From positions 14,394 to 78,393 of the forward strand of contig CBFFRP010000454.1 of NCBI GenBank assembly GCA_965644295.1: 64,000 bases of DNA, given 5' to 3'. The translations under genes and the position numbers were made by a program. The notes beneath the pieces were generated by a model, which was not told the origin of the DNA, ran no database searches, and saw only the letters and a program-made list of their open reading frames with translations. The DNA comes from Paraphysomonas bandaiensis. Taxonomy: Eukaryota; Protista; Chrysophyceae. Shown piece by piece: positions 63,689 to 64,000 of this stretch (positions are counted from its first letter, which is position 1; each line of letters begins with the position of its first letter).

Positions 63689-63941
63689 ATGGCATCATCT
63701 GATGCGAGAAATTTAATACTGAATGAGATAGAGGAGAGCTTGATTAAGAGCAATGCAAGCCTGGCGACGCAATCATCAAGTGTACAGGTATATATATGAG
63801 GTGATATACATTATTGTAATATAGATGCAGGGAACATTGACACGAAATATGGAGTCATTGGATAGAGACTTTGCTGTCTCTCCAGAGGCCTTGAGGAGAG
63901 TTGTCTTACATGGACTGGATAGTCGCTACACCCCAATCACG
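63689..63941 (+). CDS. 5' exons of an unidentified gene continuing past the window
   Basis: MASSDARNLILNEIEESLIKSNASLATQSSSVQ, an in-frame GT-AG intron, then MQGTLTRNMESLDRDFAVSPEALRRVVLHGLDSRYTPIT and a further GT donor. Confidence 0.6.
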
Positions 63942-64000
63942 GTATATGTCAACAGATATTTTATATTACTATCTAAAGAAAAATTTAAGCAATACGTAAA

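Overview
Eukaryotic nuclear DNA from a compact, gene-dense genome with mostly 45-60 nt GT-AG introns. The organism is probably a flagellated protist: it has DLEC1/FAP81, SHIPPO-repeat and ERICH2-like genes. A stramenopile origin is an inference only. About 18 protein genes can be reconstructed: a lipase-3-like pseudoenzyme (partial), a SHIPPO-repeat protein, a small mitochondrial-type membrane protein with a 22-nt intron, a myristoylated EF-hand protein, a PH-ankyrin-FYVE-(R-SNARE-like) protein, Rab1, an ERICH2-like gene missing from the ORF track, an ELMO-domain protein, HSP20, PTEN, USP22-like, an SLC52-like riboflavin transporter, eIF2-gamma, DLEC1, SERINC, a P4-ATPase, a PuuE-type allantoinase ending in PTS1 (SKL), and a partial gene at the right edge. 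Intergenic DNA holds decayed Crypton, Tc1 and Copia elements, hAT-like MITEs, a ~77-bp-stem foldback, and pure (TATG/CATA)n arrays (one ~3 kb) that all lie between divergent gene starts. The most unusual non-coding signal is a five-copy repeat family (8.3 kb and 57.8-58.9 kb). It has ~60-bp inverted ends and a multi-hairpin core whose minus-strand GNRA tetraloop is kept while its sequence changes. All calls were made by eye from motifs; no database searches were run.
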